Of a DNA stretch of 64,000 nucleotides, positions 55,986 through 64,000 are shown piece by piece. Below the pieces are notes generated by a model that was not told the DNA's origin, did not search any database, and saw nothing but the letters and a program-made list of their open reading frames with translations. The stretch is taken from contig JBLDXI010000050.1 of the NCBI GenBank assembly GCA_047495785.1, positions 124,001 to 188,000 on the forward strand, given 5' to 3'. Position 1 is the stretch's first letter. Each line of letters opens with the position of its first letter. Source of the stretch: Lepidodermella squamata. Taxonomy: Eukaryota > Animalia > Gastrotricha. The position numbers and the translations under genes are program-made.

Positions 55986-56459
55986 GAAAATTGTGATTTA
56001 TACAAGGCCGAAATTTATCTCAGACTGTTGCATTGCGTAGAACGAATAGATCGACAGAGTCGTCATTTCAAATTTCCTGCAGAACCTTTGTATGCGTAAG
56101 GATTTATCCTTGAGCTCGGATATCGATTGATTGGCTAGAAAATCCGTTATTTGACTTTTACCCGTTCTGATTTTTGAACTTCCAGCGAATAAGTAACTCA
56201 GTCTCATTTTCATTTTTAGAGTATCATCAATTATTCGGTCTCTCGGTCAGATTATCCCTCACAAGAGTCGATACGACGATTGAACACGTTTTAGCCACTA
56301 CTCGGTAGTTTTTTATTTACAACTCATTTTTGAACTGGTACGCGGCATTAAGCTGGCGCAACCATTACAAGAGAAATCAGAAGGAGAAACTATGGTAAAG
56401 AAATGTTAACAGCTTGAGATTGCCTGCAATTTTTTCTGCTGGTGGAAATTGTTAATAGA

Positions 56460-59011
56460 TTAGCCTTGTGTGCGCTCACATAGACCTGGAAGGCGTATAG
56501 CACCGTTGCAAGGTCTTCGGACGAACTTGCTTTGACTGAGCGTAACGCCTAGAAACAGAATGAATAACAAGCAATAAACAGTGAATCTAATGAGCTGTAT
56601 TACAGTGGAATAAATCAGAGGACTCGGCGGGGTAGTCGATAAGTGAATTAACGAACGGCTCTCCAGTTACCCACGTATAATCGGTCGAATTTCCACGATG
56701 AGCACCGATCCACGCTCGGCCCGAGTAGACGGCATTTTGAGTTACGAAATCGTGCGCCGCGTTGTACGTCGCTTCTTCTTTGAGTATAGCCAAGGATTTT
56801 CCGAGGGCTGCGCAGTCATCAGCTTTTTGGGATTTGCTGCCAAACGTATCGGTGACTTGCGGGTTGGAAAATGCCTGCAATGATATGCAATGATAAGTTA
56901 CGTCTAAACTATGCGCAAAGCTTTTCTCACCGAGCCAGAACAGAGACCAACGTTCCCGGAGTTGCAATCTATATCCCAAAATCCGGTCTGGCGAATGACA
57001 AGACCTTTGAGAAATTAACAAAATTCAATGCTCATGTTTCACCATGGGTAATTCCAGCTTAAAACGCCCAGTGACCAAGCCTGAGTATAAAATCCAGTCA
57101 AAACTATTTTTTCCTGGCGTATTTTATAAAACCTCAAAAGGGATATAGTGAATGATTATCGCATTATTGAATTCAGTACCAAATTATTTCAATCAGTTTC
57201 AAAAATCCCCAATTTTAAGAGATAGCTTTCAACCTAACCTAACCCGAACCCAACCTTATCCTAGCCTCAACCCTAACCCTAGCCCGTTAAATAAGGAATA
57301 AAATGGTTAGGTATTGAATTAAATGAAATTTGGTACCGGCGTAAGATTTTCCCAACCTCAAACACTTCTGTGAAATGATAGTATAAGATAAAATATCTAT
57401 TTTTCATATCTGCTTTTGATCGCACTGTCCAATCGTTTCCTTCGTTCATGGGGACTTGAGGATTTAAGTAAACTTAGCTTACACAAGCCGTTTTGCTGCG
57501 GGTTGTTTGGCCCCCATGCTGGTGAATTGATGTCCACAACACTGCCATCGTCGTCCCATCTGAAACTGGCTGTTAGTCCGATGTACGCCTCTGCATTGCC
57601 TAAAACTCGCATGGCTGCATCCAGATCAGCCTGAGTATAAATCGTTGCCAATCGCCCACTTTCGTTCCTACACGCAAGCAGTTGCGTGCGGAAACCACTA
57701 GGAGCTTGCGATGACAGGAAATAACGGTTTGAATCGCGTAGACAGGCTGCGTGATTTTCAGCGAATTTTGTTGAATTCGAATAGATTTTCACCTACATTT
57801 ATTTCAATAATTTTGAAAATTTTGAAAAAGCTAGCTTCGACTTACGATGGCTGCCCCGTTCGGACAAATGTTGTAACATTTCTTGCCAGCCGAAGTGTCG
57901 CATTGTACTGCATTCTGGAAAATAGATTTAGAAAGATATAAATTCAATCTTTTAAAATCTCACCCATGATAGGCAGCTGGCTCTGTTTCTGTAGACTCCC
58001 ATTGAGTATTCCTCGGTCTCATTAGCTGGACAGCGGGAACTGTTCAATCGGCAGCCGGTAAATGCCCATGTAGCAGGGTTGAAGCATCGGATGTGTGGTT
58101 TCACAGAATCTACAAGATCACCTGGAAAATATGGTTTGAAATAATAATTCTCGGAATTTTAAAATTGCTTACTGCCGCCGGTTCGCAGACAGGCGTCCAA
58201 GTCCGAATTCATCAATCCTGTTGTCACAGTCGATTTTGTCTGAAGTCCAGGAGAAATTCACGGCAATCTCCTAATTGAATTTTAAACTACCGTATTAGCC
58301 GGGCAGGAATATTTGCTTGGAACGCAAGTAAAAAATTGCTGTGCTGCATTAACACATGGATAAAACTTCAAGTTCTATTGAGAAAAGAGCAAACATGGAG
58401 TATGGAATAGAACCTAATTAAATTTACTTACCGGCAATGAGGCGATGTCCTTAGTGCAGGCCAGTAAATTGGCCCTGAAAGGAAACGCGCCGTTGTATGG
58501 ACCGCCCACCTGGAAAGAGGAAAAAATTATCGATAATTTTCTCTAAATTAAATTTAAATAAAATTGTGAAAATCTAAGTGAGTAGGCCGTCGAAAACCAC
58601 AATAAGACAAACCATTATTTCGCTTGTTTGCCCACATCCTGGATTACCCGGTCGACACGTTGCTACGTTTGTGGCATAAGCATAGCATAGCCGAGCGGTC
58701 TGAAAGAAAAGTGTAATAAATCGAGAAAAATGAAACAATTATTGAATAATATTTCATACCGCTCGCATGCACGTTGCTCGATCTGGTTGATTGGTTCCAA
58801 TCTGGGCAAAAAAAGATGGGGGTTGTTCACGGGATTTCTGATATTTTTGAGACTTCACCTGATACTCGCGTAGCCTAGGGCAGCCATTCGGTAACTCACG
58901 GCAATCTGTAAATCTATCATCAAATTGGGAAAAGCATCGAGCCCACGGGCCACAGAGTACCAGATCACAGGCAGCGATGCTCACAATTGTTATGCTGACT
59001 AGAAGTTTCAT
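56460..59011 (-). CDS. Secreted Cys-module repeat protein B with two C-terminal C-type lectin-like domains (about 12 exons)
   Basis: Signal MKLLVSITIVSIAACDLVLC, then repeated 4-Cys modules. CTLD1: C..ESGRLATI...YIGL...FRWDD...W...C...W.IDC...C. CTLD2: C...GKSLA...AWIGA...YTWVTG...C...C...C. Stop at 56460. Confidence 0.8.
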
Positions 59012-60134
59012 CTTCTTCTAGTTCCTGAGTTAAAAGGAATCGAAAAGCCTAAATCCTTAACATCCAAATAAAAAAGAATTAACTGGATTTGGCTGACACG
59101 AATCGCGTGTGTTTCTTCTCCAGCAGCATTAGGACGTTTTTTTATTACACGTGCTGACTACTGTTTTCCCGTTGAGAACACAGCGTCCGAACACAAATGG
59201 AGAAGAAAACAAACGCGATTTCATTTGGCCTATATAGACCATTCAATTTTATTTCGATGTTTAGTATTTATGATGATGAGCGTTTATTACCAAACAATTA
59301 AAGTAATAATCGAATGAAAATACTGATGGAAATTCGGGCTTGCGATTGTCTTAAAACCGATTCATTCATCATTTTTCATGTTTTATTCCCGAACATTGTC
59401 GATCATTCGCCTCCAATTACAACCTTCGAACATGCTTAAATTGAAAAGTAAAAATGATGTAAAAAAGCAGTACCCAAACCGGAAATGCGAAGTGCAGGGG
59501 TGCTGGGGTGTCGTAACACCTCAGCTCCAGGGCTCCAACCAGAAGAAGGCTGAAAAACTACATGGGGGACCCTTTGGTTTCTTCGGCTGGGTGCCGAAGA
59601 AACCGAGAAAACTCCTCAATCCCCGGAACTTTACTTCGCACATTGCATGCGACTTTTGACCACGCATGAGGCTCAGTGATCACGGGCTTTGCAGACGTAA
59701 TGTTATTCCGTCCAGTCTCAACAACAGCAGAAATAGTCCCATAGTCGACCAGATAGTCATCTGCCGCAGCTTCAGTCGTAGCTTCTTCGGTATTACATGC
59801 ATGGAATCGTTGGACGCAGCCTATCCATTCCTCTGGCTTAGTTCGTCTCTTCGCCAAGGCTCATCTCCTGGCAGCTGCTCAACATTCAGGCGAGGCCACG
59901 CTGCTCACTGCTCACCGAGTGCGACATCGGGCCAGAAGCGAAAAAATGACGAAAATAGACATTTTAATACGTTTATCAATGAGATGGAGAAGAAGCACGA
60001 TAGCTGTATCAAAGCAATACAACTATGGGCTGAATAACAGAAATTATAAATGTATTAGTGGTTAGTTGAATCGAGACATTTTCATAAATGCAGTATCATA
60101 CAGTATGTTAGCTTCATGTCAGGGATCTGTAAGT

Positions 60135-60137
<3 letters not shown>

Positions 60138-60169
<32 letters not shown>
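60138..60169. repeat. (TA)n microsatellite
   Basis: About 16 AT units just 3' of the channel stop codon. Confidence 0.95.
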
Positions 60170-60171
<2 letters not shown>

Positions 60172-60182
60172 ACAAAGTTTAT

Positions 60183-61358
60183 TTAGGATAGCATCAGCGT
60201 GAAAAGAACTGCGTCAATTATCATCACCGCAAGACTTGCCGAGGCGGCGATCGCAAGATCCAGAAAACGATTAAGTGGCATTGCCAAAGATTTGCGAAAT
60301 TTGACAACTTTGGTTTTCACTGAATCCGGGATACTCGGGCTCAAGCAAGTATAGGCCGTAATTATGACAGCTACAACAAATTTAGCTGCGACCATGTACA
60401 CAAGATAGACGTGATCTGAAGTTTTTGGCATCATGCCAAAAATCATCGTGAGAAATACAACGTAGGAAAGCACGACAGCCACGCAAAATGCTGATTGGTC
60501 TCTGTTCACCGGCTCAGCTATCAAGGAAACGACTTGAAGAATGAAAAGGGTAATAGTTGGGACGAAAATGTTATAGATGTAGTAGCCACTTTTGCGGCGA
60601 AATCGAATTGTCATACTGACTCGGTCAGTAGCGTAAGTGCTATTATCATGCAAAGATGCATAGCTGCTATACTCAAGCGGCTCCACAACAGACCATATAT
60701 CAGTGTCAGCGATAAACGCATTCTTAGCAGCCATGTCGATTTCAAAAATTTCAAGATATAGCACTACGTCTGTGTGATAATCGTTGACTTCTAAAATCAA
60801 CGTGCAGGCTTGCGTATCGAAGGGAAATTTGCGGTAGCTGAAAGTAGTGCATGAGACGTCGAATCGATCGAAAAGGGAATACTGCATTCGAAGTGGGCGT
60901 GGGAATAGTGGATAGACCCAGACCTGGTCACTGAATTTACGAGTGAAAGCAGGCGATTCGAAAGCCGTCAAGTGAGAGATTACTGGCGTCCAAATATCCA
61001 TCGCTGCAACTGGATAATACAGCTCACCAGAGCGAGTCATATTGCACTCTTTTTCAGACAGCAAATCCGTGCAATTCGGAGTCCCGCATGGCAGCCCCCA
61101 TTCCATTGTCAGATGCGCAATTAAAGACAGTTTTTGCGCCACGTCGTCGATCCCCACAAAGCGATGCAGGGCCATTCTCAACTTAACGAAAACCGGTTGG
61201 GCATGATTGGTAAGAACGGCTTGTTCCGTTGGTAAGCTTTTCGAAAGAACAGCCGGGCAAAATTCAGCAAATTTCGCCTCCAACTTGCTAGCAATCGGCG
61301 AGGCAGCTTCCATCGACGCAGGCCTAACCAACATCAGCAAAACGAAAAGCGATTTCAT
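60183..61358 (-). CDS. Divergent Cys-loop ligand-gated ion channel subunit, intronless paralogue
   Basis: Start MKSLFVLLMLV at 61358 aligns with paralogue starts. CTTFSYRKFPFDTQAC, 4 TM. Confidence 0.92.
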   Translation of the reverse strand: MKSLFVLLMLVRPASMEAASPIASKLEAKFAEFCPAVLSKSLPTEQAVLTNHAQPVFVKLRMALHRFVGIDDVAQKLSLIAHLTMEWGLPCGTPNCTDLLSEKECNMTRSGELYYPVAAMDIWTPVISHLTAFESPAFTRKFSDQVWVYPLFPRPLRMQYSLFDRFDVSCTTFSYRKFPFDTQACTLILEVNDYHTDVVLYLEIFEIDMAAKNAFIADTDIWSVVEPLEYSSYASLHDNSTYATDRVSMTIRFRRKSGYYIYNIFVPTITLFILQVVSLIAEPVNRDQSAFCVAVVLSYVVFLTMIFGMMPKTSDHVYLVYMVAAKFVVAVIITAYTCLSPSIPDSVKTKVVKFRKSLAMPLNRFLDLAIAASASLAVMIIDAVLFTLMLS

Positions 61359-62355
61359 GAATCCTCTATAGTACCATGGCTTGTAAAGCTGAAACAAGTC
61401 GTCTGCTAGCTGTTGCCTGCAAATCATTGATCAACAGATCCGCTTAGTTTAATATCCGGAAAATTGTTTGCACTGTTAGGAATTTTAATATCTAGGAAAT
61501 CCAGCTTTCGAATTACAATATCACGACCTTATCCAGCCTTGCCCTGTTCAGTCATGGTAAAATATCGCGAGCTTGTTTCTTTCTGCAGCTGCTGAATATA
61601 TTCTTAGCATTAGGTTTATCGATCCATTATTCCTTCATGCTATAGCAAGAGATTGAAGCCCCAACCCATTTTCTAGCAGAGGTACGGACGGATGCTATGA
61701 TCAGGTGATAATGCGATTAAACATCCTGAAACTGGGTAACTGGTCTTTAAGCGTCCTTCGTAATGACGTTGGCTTTCTATGTGTATGTAGCTGTAAGCAA
61801 CGATGCGAAAGATTATGAAGAGCTCAGCCTTTTCTAGGAAGAACTGATGAATGTCGGCAAAATGAAAGTCCGCTATCGTGGATAATATCCTTGTGTCTTC
61901 ATCCTAAGACGAACTATCAGAGGCAAAAATCATTCTATCAGCCGTACCAACATTATTTGAAATCAGGGAGGAAACGTTATTTTCGGTGAATGTCACTCGG
62001 CTAAATTAATTGACAAATAGCACCAGAGATGATTTTTTGAGATGGGTTAATTGCTGAATAGAAAAGGACAATATGCGGAGTAGGATCCGGGAGCTGAGGT
62101 GTTTTCTACTGTCACGCAGCCGAAGAAACCAAAAGGGCCCCCTTGTGGTTTTTCCAGCCTTCCCTCTGGTTGAACCCCCGGAGCTGGGGTGTCTCGCGAC
62201 ACCCCGGCACCCCTGCTCTTCTCACCCTGTCAAAAGATGAAACAGCTCTTTCATTATTCATTTATTTAAGGTGCGCATTATAATCATCATGAATGATTTT
62301 GCTGTACAATAACGACAGAGATAAGTTTTTATCAGGTTTTCTCAACTAAATTCCT

Positions 62356-63533
62356 TCACTTTGGTTCACATTGGTTTTTCCATTTCGACAGCAATAGTGA
62401 AACCTTACGTGTCCAACCTGGCCTGAGCATTTGCACGCAAGCTCCTACGGTAGCATGCAAATTAACGCAAATAACGCCTATCTTTTGCAACCAACTTGAG
62501 GCATGGTGCGGCCCAAAATCAGTGTAGAACAATTTGAAAACGACTGAGATTAGCGCGGGTGTGTAGGAGGCGCAGAATATTGCAAAAACGACGATGGATT
62601 GCTGAGCGAAAAAGATGTCACGATCTCGCCATCTCTCCGCCTTGGACGATCGACCTCGAGCCCTGCTATTCTCACTGTTATCACTTGCCCTCATTTGCAA
62701 ATTTAGTTTTCGGATACTTCGAAATATCATGTAGTAATTTTTGGCTAAGAAGTTTAGCGGGATCGTGATGGTGGCCGCGGAAATCAGGAGAAATAGAAGA
62801 CCTGAATCAATATTGCCAATCAGCCTGTAAGCCTGTATTGCCAATCAGCCAATCAGGCAGTGCAGATCCAAACTGGGTTGCCATCATTCAACCCTTCAAT
62901 CACGATAAATTCATTGAGCCAGATTTGACGAGGCCAGATTGCGACGAAGAAACAACCAATAGTACAAAAGCAGTAGAGGCCAATAACCCATAATATGAGA
63001 CGTTTGGTGCTGGCTTCGTAATTCGGGCTGTTCGAAAGGATACAGAGACGGCGCTCATATGAAATCATAGCGCTAATAAAAATGCCAAAAGCCCCATGGG
63101 AGTATTCAACCCAAAATACGACAGGGCATGTCCAGTAATCCGCTTCCCAGTAGCCTGTTCTAAAAATGACCGCAAGACCGGCAGTGCTGATGAAAGCGAA
63201 AATGATATTTCTAGCACCGTTGATCGCGATCAGCATAAGAAATCCACGTTTTACCTGCCGCTTGTACAAATCGATGCAGCTGGCGATTGTTACTACGGTT
63301 ACGATAGCCAGGGTGATTGCATACATTAGCAAATGAATGAGACGGCCGTTCATTGTGACGTAGTCGAGGTCATGGAACCAGCCGATGAAATGGGGTCTCG
63401 GGTAGTCGTAGCCAGAATCTGGCAGGTAAACGTCAATCCAGCCTCCGTTGATCAGCCGTGCTCTCAAACATGACGAGTTTCCTTGCTGCGCCGTTTCATT
63501 GGTCTGCAATAAATTCGATGTATTGCTGTTCAT
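62356..63533 (-). pseudogene. Rhodopsin-class GPCR, copy 2, disrupted in extracellular loop 2
   Basis: Close paralogue of 43132-44270. A locally templated insertion at ~62825-62856 introduces TGA and splits the ORF in two. Confidence 0.85.
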
Positions 63534-64000
63534 TTCTGCTTCGAGAAGGCTTTCTTCTGAAAAGCAAACTTTTCAAAAGTAGCACAGTTTCACACAAACT
63601 CCTCGAGACAATCGATAATTTTACCTGCGTGGTCAATGTATCAATATTGGTAATTAAACTCACCCAGCTCATCCCGCACTTCAGTATTAGACCGTCTGAG
63701 TGTATTGAAGCGGCCTCAGCAAATCTCCACACAATTTCTTGTCTATATGATCAAGAGGGCAGCGCTTAAATTCCTTATTTCGGACGTCTCGAACACTGTA
63801 GTTCCTGAGTGCGATGGTTTAATCAAACCGCCCAGGGTTTGTGCGTGATTTCTGTGCTGAATAATTGTCCTGCGGAAACACTGGAATAGCTTATTACCGA
63901 TCTGAATGTAACAAACCTCGTTATTATTTCGTTATTTAGAAATATTTTATTATTTCGAGGGTTTCAACATCGTGATCTATGTTCGCAGCATCATCGAAAT

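Noticed and set aside
57230-57285. CCTAAC/CCCTAA telomere-like repeats
   Set aside because: Few, degenerate and intronic. More likely an internal motif of a small repeat element than an interstitial telomere.
59558-59965. Coding-looking minus-strand stretch (WIGCVQRFHAC)
   Set aside because: No coherent start or frame, and it runs into a MITE. At best a decayed fragment.
61690-61930. Possible fifth channel remnant (GYY...FILPTFI)
   Set aside because: Only a few residues match, with stops. Not supportable without an alignment.

Overview
This is eukaryotic, invertebrate-animal-like genomic DNA with very short GT-AG introns (about 45-65 nt), so the ORF track fragments most genes. The species cannot be fixed from sequence alone. 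The left ~18 kb is gene-dense: a Sushi-domain tail, a secreted EB-like protein, a Cys-loop channel, a Ly6 exon, an HPP-family transporter, a C2-like protein, a DRAM-like protein, a rifampicin-phosphotransferase/PigC-architecture PEP-utilising enzyme, an S1 protease and a scramblase. The remainder is a birth-and-death zone. It holds four signal-peptide-bearing ankyrin-repeat paralogues plus a remnant, three more divergent Cys-loop channels, two secreted proteins built from an unfamiliar 4-Cys module (one fused to two C-type lectin domains), two frameshifted GPCRs, a secreted Lys/His/Gly-rich peptide, and many non-autonomous DNA transposons with readable TIRs and TSDs. The most interesting candidates are a diversifying secreted ankyrin ('natural DARPin'-like) family, atypical C-x14-C channels lacking the acetylcholine aromatic box, an intronless HPP transporter in an animal context, and a P-element-type excision footprint. 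All exon structures were read by eye.
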